The notes under the pieces were generated by a model. The model was not told where the DNA came from, searched no databases, and worked only from the letters and a program-made list of their open reading frames with translations. Shown here in pieces: positions 1-12,463 of a stretch of 64,000 bases of DNA; position 1 is the first letter of the stretch, and each line of letters begins with the position of its first letter. This DNA comes from an uncultured delta proteobacterium (GTDB lineage Bacteria > Myxococcota_A > Polyangia > Polyangiales > JAFGIB01), in contig CAVZVA010000009.1 of assembly GCA_963778655.1 (NCBI GenBank), positions 64,001-128,000 of the forward strand, read 5' to 3'. The translations under genes and the position numbers were made by a program.

Positions 1-496
1 GCACCTTGGCCGCGAGCTCGGCGAGGCGGGCGAGCGCCTGCTTGGCAGCGGTGACGTTGCCGGCGAAGTCGCTCGATGGGGCGGGCTTGGCGCCGTCGCT
101 CTTTGCGCGGGCCTCGATGTCCTCGTCGGCCCCGGCGCTGCGGGCGAGGAGCTGCTCAGCGACGGAGCGCAGCTCCTCTGCCAGCTCGGCGAGGCGGGCA
201 TCCGCCTGGTCGGCGCCGAGCGAGCCGAGCAGCTCGACGAGCCCGGTCAGGCTCTCGAGCGCGGTCAGCGCGGCCCCGAGCGCGGTGCCGTCGTCGAGCT
301 TCGCCGTGGGCGCAGCGGGCGGCGACGGATCGGTGGTCGTGGTGTCGGTGGTGTTGTCGTCGTCCATTGCGTCATCCCTCTTCACGATCAGGAAGCGGTG
401 CTTGTTGGCAGCGCGGTCGACGAGCGAGACCTCCTCGACGACCATGTCGACGAGGCGATGCACGCCGTCGTCCGCCTTGTTCATCGGCGTCGTCAT
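1..496 (-). CDS. Putative capsid scaffold protein with an N-terminal prohead-protease strand (partial, runs off left edge)
   Basis: Not in the ORF track. ATG at 496 overlaps the upstream TGA (ATGA). Reads MTTPMNKADDGVHRLVDMVVEEVSLVDRAANKHRFLIVK, then an acidic/Ala-rich helical region, with no stop before position 1. Confidence 0.75.
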   Translation of the reverse strand, partial: MTTPMNKADDGVHRLVDMVVEEVSLVDRAANKHRFLIVKRDDAMDDDNTTDTTTTDPSPPAAPTAKLDDGTALGAALTALESLTGLVELLGSLGADQADARLAELAEELRSVAEQLLARSAGADEDIEARAKSDGAKPAPSSDFAGNVTAAKQALARLAELAAKV

Positions 497-2676
497 GCGG
501 CGGCCTCCGAGGCGGGCTGGTTGTTGGTCGGCTGTTCCGAGGTCGGAACGGGCGCGGGCTCGGGCACTCGACGCGCCGAGCCGCCGATGGAGAAGCCCGT
601 GAGGTCGCCCGTCTTCACGCGCTCCCACAGCTCATCGGAGAGCACGCGCACGGCGAGGAGCCACGTGCCCTTGCGGACCGCCAGCTCCCCGATCGTGAAG
701 TCGGTTGGCGCTAGATAGCTCTCCAGCACCTTCACCTGCCCGTTGACGCGCAGGCGATGCATGAGGCCGAGGCCGCCGAAGTCCTCCATGAAGCGGTGGG
801 CGGCGGCGCGGATCTCCTCGGCCGAGTAGATGTCGCCCTGCGCATCGACGACCTCGGGCTCGAGCACGATGCCCAGCACGAAGCGCTCGTCGTTCGGGTC
901 GATGCCCTTCACGAGGCGCGAGGGCTTGTCGAACACCAGCTCGTCGACGCTCGGATCGAGCGGCAGGTGCTCGCACTTGGCGACGAGCTCGAAGTCCGCG
1001 GCCTTGCGCACCGGGAAGTTGGCGACGAAGAGGCGCATGGCCTGCTTGGCGCCGCCGCGCCCCGATGCCTCGCGCACCTTGAGTCGGAAGACGTGCCCGA
1101 CCTTCTTGAAGGCGGCGACGTTCTCCGGGGTCGGGTTGAGGACGGCGATGAACTTGCCCTCGACCTTCGCGAGCGCGTCGATGAACTCGTCGAGGTCGAT
1201 GACCTTGTCTTTGTCGAACCACTCGCCGGGGTACGGCGGGTCGATGAAGAAGAAGGTGTCCTTGCTGTCGAAGGCCTCGATCGTCTTGCGGTAGTCCTGC
1301 CGCAGGATGCTCACGTCCTTCAGGCGCTCGGCGGCCCGGAGGTACTTCTCCGGGTTGGTGGTCGAGCCGAGGTGCTGCTGCGCCGGATGCGTGCCGTCGG
1401 GACGGCAGTCGCGCGCATGCGTGCGAACGAAGACGAGCTTGTAGAAACGGGCGACGTCGTCCTTCGGCGTCATGTCGCGCGCCTTGGCGAAGCTCTCCTG
1501 CGTGACGGTCCACTCGAAGCGGCGGCGTAGCTCCTCGACGCGCTCGGGCGTCATCGCCTTGATGCTGCGGTGGAGGAACACCACGTCGTCGTCGAGGTCC
1601 GCGATGACCTCCTTGTTGCTCGGGTCCTTCGCGTGCAGCACCGCCGCCGCGCCTGCGAAGGGCTCGACGTAGGTCTTGTGCGCCGGGATGAGCGGCACGA
1701 TGCGCTTCGCGTAGTGGAACGAGCCGCCGAACGTTCCGAAGGGCTGCGCCTTCTCGACGTCGTCGGCGCCGTCGTCGAGTGCGCCGTCCCAGTCGTCGAG
1801 GACGAACTCGTCGTCGAGCGCCTTGGTCGTCGGCTCGTAGTTCGCCACCAGGAGCTGCGTCAGCACCGAGCTGCCGCCGACGCCGCGCATGTGCGCGATC
1901 GAGCGCCGCGTGCGGATGCGCTTCGTCCAGAAGTCGCTGTCCTTCACCAGCTCCGGGAACTTGCCCCGGATGCCGTAGGTGATGAGGAAGCGGCCTTTGA
2001 GCGACTTGAGCAGCTTGAAGAACCGCTCTTCGTCGAACTCGCTCTCGCCGACGTCGACGTTGTAGCCGGGGTACGGCGGGTCCAGGAAGAAGACCGTGTC
2101 CCTGCTGTCGTACTTGCGAACGACCTTCTCGTAGTCGCCGCCGTAGACCTTCACCCTCTTCAGGCGCGGCGCGAACTTCTCGATGCGCTTGATGGTCGTC
2201 GCCTCGACGCCGACCACCGTTGGGCTGAAGCTCTTGCCGCGCATCTTCCCGTAGGAGAAGTGCGTCAGGTACAAGAAGCGGTGCAGCCGCTCGACGTCGT
2301 CCTCGGGCTCGACGTCGAGGAGCCGCTTGAAGGTCTTCTCGTCGCCGACCCACGGCAGCTTCTTCAGCTTCGCGAGCCCCTCGGGCGAGAGCTTCTTGAT
2401 GAGCCGGTAGGCGTCGGCGATCTCCAGGTCGGCGTCGTTGATGACCTCGACCTCCGCGGGCTCCTTGGCGAACAGCACCGCCGCGCTGCCGGCGAACGGC
2501 TCGACGTAGGTCTTGTGCGCCGGGAGCATCGCCACGAGGCGGTCCGCCAGGCGCTTCTTGCCCGCGGGCGAGCCCCAGATGGTCTTCTCGACCTCGGTGC
2601 CGTGCGGGCGCGCGCCCTCGTTGGCCGCGAGGATGCGGCGCGCGTGGGCGACGGCGGCTTCGCGTCGGTCAGGCAT
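493..2676 (-). CDS. Fusion: two tandem Dam-like (D12 class N6-adenine) DNA methyltransferase domains plus a C-terminal XkdF-like prohead serine protease domain
   Basis: Two YVEPFAG motifs and two DPPY motifs. C-terminal VLGIVLEPEVVDAQGD...AAHRFM...LMH...VLESY...KGTW...LTGFSIGG is XkdF-like. Confidence 0.9.
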   Translation of the reverse strand: MPDRREAAVAHARRILAANEGARPHGTEVEKTIWGSPAGKKRLADRLVAMLPAHKTYVEPFAGSAAVLFAKEPAEVEVINDADLEIADAYRLIKKLSPEGLAKLKKLPWVGDEKTFKRLLDVEPEDDVERLHRFLYLTHFSYGKMRGKSFSPTVVGVEATTIKRIEKFAPRLKRVKVYGGDYEKVVRKYDSRDTVFFLDPPYPGYNVDVGESEFDEERFFKLLKSLKGRFLITYGIRGKFPELVKDSDFWTKRIRTRRSIAHMRGVGGSSVLTQLLVANYEPTTKALDDEFVLDDWDGALDDGADDVEKAQPFGTFGGSFHYAKRIVPLIPAHKTYVEPFAGAAAVLHAKDPSNKEVIADLDDDVVFLHRSIKAMTPERVEELRRRFEWTVTQESFAKARDMTPKDDVARFYKLVFVRTHARDCRPDGTHPAQQHLGSTTNPEKYLRAAERLKDVSILRQDYRKTIEAFDSKDTFFFIDPPYPGEWFDKDKVIDLDEFIDALAKVEGKFIAVLNPTPENVAAFKKVGHVFRLKVREASGRGGAKQAMRLFVANFPVRKAADFELVAKCEHLPLDPSVDELVFDKPSRLVKGIDPNDERFVLGIVLEPEVVDAQGDIYSAEEIRAAAHRFMEDFGGLGLMHRLRVNGQVKVLESYLAPTDFTIGELAVRKGTWLLAVRVLSDELWERVKTGDLTGFSIGGSARRVPEPAPVPTSEQPTNNQPASEAAA

Positions 2677-2866
2677 CGCGCAGCGCCTCCGGGTCGGTGC
2701 CCCACTCGGGGCGGTCGCTGGAGGGAGCGTTCAGGTCGCGCGGCCAGACGAAGGGCGCGTCCTGCTTCGCCGTCTTGTCCCCGGTCCGCCCGGGCACAGA
2801 CGGAGGCGGCCCATCCCCGGTGGTCGGGGCGGTCGTCTCGGGCTCGCGCGGCTTGGTCTCGGGCAT
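2669..2866 (-). CDS. Small phage hypothetical protein (65 aa)
   Basis: GGAGG RBS before ATG 2866; overlaps the next start; C-terminal FVWPRDLN...WGTDP. Confidence 0.6.
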   Translation of the reverse strand: MPETKPREPETTAPTTGDGPPPSVPGRTGDKTAKQDAPFVWPRDLNAPSSDRPEWGTDPEALRDA

Positions 2867-2883
2867 GCGACGTCCTCCGCAGA

Positions 2884-2915
2884 GGCAAAGCCGCCGACTT
2901 CGCGCGGAGGGGACA
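2884..2915 (-). promoter_or_regulatory. Class II (late) phage promoter candidate TGTCCCC-N16-GGCTTTGCC
   Basis: Same two boxes and 16-nt spacer as 6651-6682; lies upstream of the MTase-protease/scaffold genes. Confidence 0.7.
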
Positions 2916-2928
2916 CAGTGCTCGCGAA

Positions 2929-4014
2929 TCACACGACCGCGAGCGTCGTGGACCGGCAGAGGCCGTGGTACGGCGGGAAGCCTATGCCCACCTCGTTCAG
3001 CGCGGTGTCGCTGGCGAGCGCGCGGAAGTCGCCGCGATCGTCCCGCGTGCCCATCGCCGAGCGCGTGATCTCGGCGAGGTCGGTCCGACCGGCGCCGCCG
3101 TCCACGTAGAGCCGGGTGCGGCCGGTCTCGCGGTCCTGGGCCTCACGAACCCACGGCACGGCCTGCTTGATGGCCTCCGGGTCTTCGAGCTGCTCGATGC
3201 GGTCGAAGCGCCTGAGGGCGTCAGCCACCGAGAACGTCTTGCCGTGCAGGTAGCGGCAGATGTTCGTGGTCTGCTCGTCGAGCACCGCCTCGATGCGGTA
3301 CTGCCGGATGCCCGCCTCGGCGTAGCTGCTCATCTGCGCGTAGGAGCGGCCCTGCGCGATGAACGAGGCAGCGACCGTCTCCCAGTAGAACGGGGCGCGG
3401 TCCACGAGCGCCGCACGGGCTGCCTGTTCGAGCGCCTGGGCGATGTCGTCACGCCCGAGCCCTTCCTCGAGCCCGGTGGCGACGATACGCCGGGCCTCCT
3501 TGCCGAAGCCCTCGACGCGCCGGCCGTACTCGTCGCGGACGAAGTTGCCCTGGGAGCTGGTCACGTGGGCGATGACGCGGCGGTCGATGGCGTTGAACTC
3601 GGCGCCGATCGCGAGCCGCTGGCTGCGCCGGGCGTCGGTACGCGTGGCGGCGACCACCTCCTGCGCGGCGTCGTTGAACGGGGCCTCGATGCGTGCGGGC
3701 ACGAGTGCCGTGGCGCGCCCGGCAGCGGCCATCGCCTCGGAGACCAAGCGGCGCCGCTCGGCGGCCGTGGTGCGAGCCCAGTCGATGTCGAGGACGGAGA
3801 TCGCCTCCCCCACAGCATCGGTGTCGGCACGCCGGGTGGCGCGCCGGAGCTGGGCCGCCAGGAGCGCCACGGCACGATCGAACCCGACGCGGGTGCCCAG
3901 GTTCATGGCCTTGGCGACGGGAAGCCGAAGGAAATGCTCGACGAGCTCGTCGGCCGCGACTCGGGCCTCGTGAACGACGAGGAGTCGATCAGCGAAAGCG
4001 GATGTGCCGCACAT
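2929..4014 (-). CDS. Phage minor head protein (Mu F / SPP1 gp7 family)
   Basis: AVLDEQTTNICRYLHG and PPYHGLCRST motifs; sits between portal and protease; GAGGAGG RBS. Confidence 0.85.
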   Translation of the reverse strand: MCGTSAFADRLLVVHEARVAADELVEHFLRLPVAKAMNLGTRVGFDRAVALLAAQLRRATRRADTDAVGEAISVLDIDWARTTAAERRRLVSEAMAAAGRATALVPARIEAPFNDAAQEVVAATRTDARRSQRLAIGAEFNAIDRRVIAHVTSSQGNFVRDEYGRRVEGFGKEARRIVATGLEEGLGRDDIAQALEQAARAALVDRAPFYWETVAASFIAQGRSYAQMSSYAEAGIRQYRIEAVLDEQTTNICRYLHGKTFSVADALRRFDRIEQLEDPEAIKQAVPWVREAQDRETGRTRLYVDGGAGRTDLAEITRSAMGTRDDRGDFRALASDTALNEVGIGFPPYHGLCRSTTLAVV

Positions 4015-4288
4015 CGGCGTCCTCCTCGAGCCGCAGCTCGCCGTGGCTCACGTGCATCAGGACGCGGCAGAAGGTGCAGCGCAGCGCCTTTGAGAACGTC
4101 AGGTCGTCGGGCGCGTCACCCTCGTCGATGTCGAGCCCATCGGTGCCGACGATCGCTGGCGTGTTGAACCCGCAGCGCAGGCAGCAGACGTGGTAGCCGA
4201 CGAGGAGGTTCGAGCGGTCCTGCGGGACGCGGCGGATCTCGCCGCGCTCGAGGCGGCACGGGCGCTTGGTCGCGGGGACCAGCTTCAC
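3989..4288 (-). CDS. Small Cys-rich (Zn-ribbon-like) hypothetical protein
   Basis: GTG at 4288 overlaps the upstream TGA; CCLRC and CTFC motifs. Confidence 0.6.
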   Translation of the reverse strand: MKLVPATKRPCRLERGEIRRVPQDRSNLLVGYHVCCLRCGFNTPAIVGTDGLDIDEGDAPDDLTFSKALRCTFCRVLMHVSHGELRLEEDADVRHIRFR

Positions 4289-4528
4289 GTCCCGCCTCCG
4301 ATGACGAGCGGGCCTCGCCGCCTGGCGCGCACCTCGACGCCCGCCTCCGTCGGCGAGAACACGACGTCGTGGCAGGAGGCGCAGCGGTCGCAGAGCGCGA
4401 AGACCAAGAGGCCGTTGCGCCAGAGCGTCGTGGTCTCGTCCAGCCCCGCGTGGCGCTGGCACATGCGGCAGGCGATGACGCCGCGCTCGGCGTCGAGCTG
4501 GGCCTGCTGCACCCACGCACGGTGGTGC

Positions 4529-4539
<11 letters not shown>
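4285..4539 (-). CDS. Small Zn-finger-like hypothetical protein
   Basis: CRMC and CDRC pairs; overlaps the portal stop and the next start. Confidence 0.6.
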
Positions 4540-6336
<1,797 letters not shown>

Positions 6337-6340
<4 letters not shown>

Positions 6341-6546
6341 CGCCCGGCCTCCGCGTACGCGACGAGCCCGGTGGGCGTGAAGGAGACCGCGCGCGCCCGC
6401 AGCCCGCGCTTGGCGATCGCCTCGTGCGCGGCGGCGAAGAGCGCATCGTCGCTCGCGGCCTCGATCTCGACGTCAGGCCCGGGCTCGGGCGGGGCGCCAG
6501 CGGGCTTGCCTGCCGGGATGACGAAGAGCTTGATGGTGCGGCGCAT
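6337..6546 (-). CDS. Small phage hypothetical protein (69 aa)
   Basis: ATG 6546 with GAGG RBS; stop overlaps the portal GTG. Confidence 0.6.
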
Positions 6547-6650
6547 GGTGGACCTCGCAAGACGAAGGAGGCGAGGCGCTTGGCCAGCCTGCGAGGAGGC
6601 AGTCCACCTGGGCACCGAGCATCTGGACCGCGCGCCTCGCCTCCGGGATG

Positions 6651-6682
6651 GGCAAAGCCTCCGCTTCGTCGTTGCGGGGACA
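6651..6682 (-). promoter_or_regulatory. Class II (late) phage promoter candidate TGTCCCC-N16-GGCTTTGCC
   Basis: Identical boxes and spacing to 2884-2915; upstream of the portal operon. Confidence 0.7.
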
Positions 6683-6698
6683 GGCCGAGAACTTGAGA

Positions 6699-7307
6699 AT
6701 GCGGCGGATGCTTGTCCCTCTGAAGCCCGAAGGCGTGCGGTCGTTCCGCCTGCTGACCGAACTATCCTTGGTGCTCGGCGTCATCGATGAGGAGACGTTC
6801 TCGGACCGGATGGACTACCTCAACGAACTGCTCGGGAATCCCGGCAATGGGCCGAGCGGGCCGTCCGGCGGTGGCAGCGGGCGTGACGAGGAGCGCCGCG
6901 CGCCCGGCGAAGCAGCGTCTGACGACGCCCCTGCTCATGGCGACATTCTGGATAGCGGCCAGGGCGGAGGCTCACCGCCGCCGGACTGGCTCCAGTTCAT
7001 CCCTGGAGGTGCCATCGGGCATCTTCAACGCTGGCACTTCATCAAGGGCGATCCCGACCCGCTGCCCTCTGTCCCGCATGGTCACGACGAAGGACGATCG
7101 TTTCCGAAGCTCGATCCGTATCTGGGCTGGATTCACGCCTCGACGAGCAAGACCTCCGGGCGGCTCAGTCAGGACGACACGAGAGCACTTTGGAACGATG
7201 AACGATTCCGCGACTTCGCGTCGGCTGCACTCATCCACTTCGTCCAAGAGAACCCGAACTACACGTGGCGGGTGCCGTATCCAATGCGGCTTCCTCGTCG
7301 TCGGTGA
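6699..7307 (+). CDS. Moron-like hypothetical protein, antisense to the head operon
   Basis: Fills the gap between TerL and portal; WHFIKGDPDPLPSVPHGH...KLDPYLG resembles DUF4160/HicA-like His motifs. Start uncertain. Confidence 0.6.
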   Translation: MRRMLVPLKPEGVRSFRLLTELSLVLGVIDEETFSDRMDYLNELLGNPGNGPSGPSGGGSGRDEERRAPGEAASDDAPAHGDILDSGQGGGSPPPDWLQFIPGGAIGHLQRWHFIKGDPDPLPSVPHGHDEGRSFPKLDPYLGWIHASTSKTSGRLSQDDTRALWNDERFRDFASAALIHFVQENPNYTWRVPYPMRLPRRR

Positions 7308-7312
7308 TCCCA

Positions 7313-8746
<1,434 letters not shown>

Positions 8747-8823
8747 GCCGCCCTCCGGGTCGTCGCGAGCGACCTTGCCTTCGTCGCGAACGGAAGCCTG
8801 TATGAGTCGCAAGGAGAGCGACC

Positions 8824-9441
8824 ATGACCGCCTACGCCGACACCATCTCGCGTCCCGTGAAGACGCTGACCGAGGCCGAGCAGCGCGCGCTGCTCAAGGT
8901 CACCGGCCAGCACGTCGACGGCTTCCGGGACCACGTCATCTTCAGCCTCGCGATGGGCACGGGCCTGCGCGAGCACGAACTCCTCGCGCTCGACGTCGGC
9001 GACGTGTTCGACGACGCCGGACGCGCCAAGCGCCGCGTCGCCCTGCGCGTGTTCAAGCGCTCCGCGAAGGAGCCCGTCGCCCAGGAGGTGCTGCTGCCCG
9101 ACGCCGTTCGCGCGAAGCTCGAGCGGCTCCTCACGACGCGCAAGCGATCGGGCGAGACCATCACGCCCACCACGCCGGTCTTCGTGAGCCGCCTCGGACG
9201 ACGCCTCTCGGCGCGCCAGCTCCGGCACCTCTTCTCGGTCTGGCAGGAGCGCGCCGGCTTCGAGCGCCACGTGGCGTTTCACACGCTGCGCCACCACGCC
9301 TGCAGCGCCGTCTACCGCGCATCGAAGGACCTCCGGCTTACGCAGAAGTTCGCGCGTCACAAGTCGGTGGTGACGACCAGCATCTACACGCACCCGACCG
9401 ACGACGAGCTGCTCCGGGCGGTCCAGGGGCTTGTCTGCTGA
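8824..9441 (+). CDS. Tyrosine recombinase, catalytic domain only (205 aa)
   Basis: [20 protein letters not shown] (R-HxxR-H-Y); AAGGAG RBS; no N-terminal core-binding domain. Confidence 0.9.
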   Translation: MTAYADTISRPVKTLTEAEQRALLKVTGQHVDGFRDHVIFSLAMGTGLREHELLALDVGDVFDDAGRAKRRVALRVFKRSAKEPVAQEVLLPDAVRAKLERLLTTRKRSGETITPTTPVFVSRLGRRLSARQLRHLFSVWQERAGFERHVAFHTLRHHACSAVYRASKDLRLTQKFARHKSVVTTSIYTHPTDDELLRAVQGLVC

Positions 9442-9457
9442 GCCCGCGCCGCGGTCG

Positions 9458-9630
9458 TGACCCACTTGCCGAGCAGAACCGAACGCGCGCGCGTGCTCGG
9501 TTTCCTGTTCGGCGCTCGGTTTCGAATCGCAGGGCTGCTCGGTTTCCCAAAACTGACCCACTCGGAAACGGCCCCAGGCACCCTGGGGCGGGCGCGCGGC
9601 GCCACGAAAAACGGACCCCTCCCCCCCTTC
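9458..9630. repeat. Short direct-repeat cluster (GCTCGGTTTC x3, TGACCCACT x2) plus a C-run; candidate packaging or recombination site
   Basis: GCTCGGTTTC at 9495, 9514 and 9537; TGACCCACT at 9458 and 9554; CCCCTCCCCCCC near 9616. Confidence 0.5.
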
Positions 9631-10097
9631 GGCAGGTTGTAGGCGTGCCGAGGCCGATGCCGGCATGCCGACGCCGGGGGCCGGCATGGTAGGCGTGGTC
9701 CACGAAGGCGCGCGCCAACCGCCGCTAAGAGAGAAAAGCGGCGGTTCGCGCGACTGGCGTCCCGCGTTCTCGGGGACTTCGAGCGCCTCGAACGCGCCGA
9801 ACTCGGGGAGCCGTACCGCCGCTTTCCGTGGATCGGCGCCGTGGACGCACGCGAGGCCCGGCTCGGCAGCGCCGTCTCGGCGCGCGTGGTTGCCTGCGTG
9901 TTCCGGCGCGCGCCGCGGTGAGCTCGTCGTGCTCGAGCGCTCGAAGCTGGGCGGCGGCGTAATGCCTCGGAATCCCGGGGTCGGCGCGAGGGGCGCGTGT
10001 TCTTCCGGCCCGCTGTGGGCCTCGTGGGCACCCGTCTGCGAGGCTCTGCTGGTCACGTCGTCCTGGCCGCGTGGGCGCGCGGCTGCGTCGGGGGCGA

Positions 10098-11336
10098 TCA
10101 TCCTTCGTCCTCCTCGACGTTCGCGCCACGTGCGCCAACGTCGGCGCCGTCGTGCGCGCCCAGCACGCCTTCGACGGCGGCGGCCGCCACGAGCACCTGG
10201 TTCTCGATCAGCTCGGCGTCGTCCGGGTCTGCGCCCATCTGCTCCGCGAGCTCGCGGGCGAGGTTCACGAGGCGGCGCACCTCGTCGCGCAGGTGCTGGG
10301 ACAGGTTCGGTTCCGCCGCGCCGACCCGAATCGAACGCGAGTGGGGCAACCGAACACCGCCAAGGCTGTTCGATTTCTCGTGCTCGGTTTCGACCGCCTC
10401 ACCGCGCGCGTCGATGATGCCGGCCATCGCGGGCGTCGAGGACTCGAGGTCGCGCATGTAGCGCTCGTGCCTCTCCGACAGCACCTCGAGCGAGAGCATG
10501 TGGCGGATCTCCTGCCGCGAGTCGGCGCCGCCCTCGAGGAACGACTTGAGCCGGATGAGCGTGTTGACGTCGGCGGGGCTGTCGGTGCGGACGCGGCCTT
10601 CCTTGAGCGCCTCCCTGAACTTGATGAGGAACTCGTCGATGAGCGCGAGCATCTCGGCGACGGTGATCGCCTCGGCGGTCGCGCGTGCCTCGATGATCTT
10701 CTCGTCGCGCCGGGCCTCAATGCGGTGCTCGCCGTACTTTCGGCGGTGCATCGTGTTGTGGCTCTTCGCGTAGTCGGCGATGACGCTCGGAGCGACGCCG
10801 TACTTCTCGGCCAGCTCGCGGTACGTCGGGTAGACGGTGTTCGACGTGCCGTCCTCGTTCATCGACACCTCGCCAAAGACGAGCAGCCGATCCAGCTCGG
10901 CGAACGGGATGACCGGCGCCTGCTGGTGGCGAGGCCGGCCGGGTCGACGACGCTCATCCGAGGCTGCGGTGTTCTGCGTCGCGGGCTCTGCGCTGTCTTC
11001 GACGCTCGCGCGCACGACGTCGCTGGGCTCGGGCACTGCGACGGAGCCCTCAACCTTCGGCGGCGGCGGCGCCTTCGGGGGATCGAGCTGGGCCCGCAGC
11101 TCCTCGCGACGCTCGGTCGTCCGGTGGTCCTTGGCGAACGCGGCGATTGTGCTGACCGCGACCCCGAAGCGAGCCGCGACATCGCGCTGCGTGAGCCAGA
11201 CGCGCTTCACCTCGCCGTGCTCATCGGGCACCACCTCACCCTCGACGAGCAGGCGTTCGACCTCCTCGGGGTTTGAGAGCTTCGGGCCTTCGCCTTTCGT
11301 GGGACGACCACTCTTCGCGTGCTTGTGCTTCGCCAT
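10098..11336 (-). CDS. Tandem HTH DNA-binding protein, probable terminase small subunit
   Basis: Two similar HTH repeats (TQRDVAARFGVAVSTIA; TYRELAEKYGVAPSVIA), each preceded by a GRP AT-hook-like motif; upstream of terL. Confidence 0.6.
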   Translation of the reverse strand: MAKHKHAKSGRPTKGEGPKLSNPEEVERLLVEGEVVPDEHGEVKRVWLTQRDVAARFGVAVSTIAAFAKDHRTTERREELRAQLDPPKAPPPPKVEGSVAVPEPSDVVRASVEDSAEPATQNTAASDERRRPGRPRHQQAPVIPFAELDRLLVFGEVSMNEDGTSNTVYPTYRELAEKYGVAPSVIADYAKSHNTMHRRKYGEHRIEARRDEKIIEARATAEAITVAEMLALIDEFLIKFREALKEGRVRTDSPADVNTLIRLKSFLEGGADSRQEIRHMLSLEVLSERHERYMRDLESSTPAMAGIIDARGEAVETEHEKSNSLGGVRLPHSRSIRVGAAEPNLSQHLRDEVRRLVNLARELAEQMGADPDDAELIENQVLVAAAAVEGVLGAHDGADVGARGANVEEDEG

Positions 11337-11342
11337 GTGCCC

Positions 11343-12128
11343 TCAGAAGCCGATGGAGAGCTGGATCGGGGACGCGCTGGTGAGCAGCGACTTCAGGCGC
11401 TGCATCGCGCGCGACCGCTGTCGCTTGAGGCGCTGGTAGAGACGCTCGCGGGCCACGTCGTCGTCGGGCTCGAGACGCTCGACGTACGCGCGCAGGAGTT
11501 CTCGGCGCAGGACGGTCGCCTCGACCACGTCGAGCCCGCTCGTGGAGAGTCCCTCCTGGACGGCGCGCTGAATGAGGAGAGCGAGGTCGTACAGCTCCTC
11601 GTCCGTGCGCGCGCGACGGGGAGCGAGGGAGTCCGGGTCGAGGTCTTCCAGCGCCTCGACGTCGATGCCGGGGTGGCGCTGCTCGCGCTCCTTGCGGAGG
11701 AACGCGAACACCTGCCGCTCGGTGCGCTGGCGCAGCCGCATCGGCAGGCGGTCCATGAGCGGCACGTCGGTGAGCGCCGCAAGGAACGCGGTGACGACGA
11801 GCTGGTCGAGCTCGTCGCCCGGCACCGTGTCGCTAACGAGGCGGCCCCGCAGGCGCACCAGCATCGGCTTGAACGCGCCGAGTAGGAGGGACGCCCACAC
11901 CGCAGCACGGCTCGCCCGGTGCTCGCGGATGATCGCCTCGGTGAGCGCCTCGCGCGCCGCGTAGGTGCCCTCCGCTTCGTCGTCGAGCATGGCGAGCACG
12001 GAGGCCGCGTCGGCGTGCGCCGCGATGGCGGGCTGCTTGGCGCGTCCCGCCTCGAAGGCATGGCGGTGGCGCTCGGAGAGCGCGTCCCGCCGCAGCCGCT
12101 CGAGGTCGTTACGGAGGGCGCTCTTCAC
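11343..12128 (-). CDS. Phage sigma-70/ECF-like factor (paralog of 16959-17837)
   Basis: GTG 12128 overlaps the upstream stop. The N-terminus aligns by eye with 16959 ([13 protein letters not shown] vs [25 protein letters not shown] vs SGLLWLGLWPGL). C-terminal [11 protein letters not shown] is region-4-like. Confidence 0.6.
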   Translation of the reverse strand: MKSALRNDLERLRRDALSERHRHAFEAGRAKQPAIAAHADAASVLAMLDDEAEGTYAAREALTEAIIREHRASRAAVWASLLLGAFKPMLVRLRGRLVSDTVPGDELDQLVVTAFLAALTDVPLMDRLPMRLRQRTERQVFAFLRKEREQRHPGIDVEALEDLDPDSLAPRRARTDEELYDLALLIQRAVQEGLSTSGLDVVEATVLRRELLRAYVERLEPDDDVARERLYQRLKRQRSRAMQRLKSLLTSASPIQLSIGF

Positions 12129-12463
12129 TTGTCCCTCCGCGCCCACCACTCGGCGACGAACTCGAGGAAGTCGTCGAGGCTCAGCGCAACGAACGGCTCG
12201 GCGCGGTCGTCGCGGATGATGGCGATGGGGATTCGTCCGGGCGGCGCGGCGTTCGTGGCCTGGCGCAGCGCACCCCGGACGTTCGGCTGCTTGCCGCGTT
12301 TGGCCTCGGGCCAGAACACCGGGCAGTCGACGTCGGGAGCTTCCTCGCCCGTGCGGTACTGGAGGCCGCGCCGGATGCTCGCGTCCGGCATGACCTCGCG
12401 GAAGCGCTGGACGAGCTCGCGCTCGAAGCCAGCGCCCTTCCTCCGGGAATGCGCGCCGCTCAT
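12125..12463 (-). CDS. Holliday junction resolvase-like PD-(D/E)XK nuclease (Hjc-like)
   Basis: [11 protein letters not shown]...PDV...EAKR motif. Confidence 0.8.
   Translation of the reverse strand: MSGAHSRRKGAGFERELVQRFREVMPDASIRRGLQYRTGEEAPDVDCPVFWPEAKRGKQPNVRGALRQATNAAPPGRIPIAIIRDDRAEPFVALSLDDFLEFVAEWWARRDK

Noticed and set aside
1570..4167. Long antisense/alternate-frame ORFs (e.g. 865 aa at 1570+, 733 aa at 17429-, 647 aa at 49138+)
   Set aside because: Shadow ORFs of high-GC coding sequence; no motifs, and they overlap well-supported genes.
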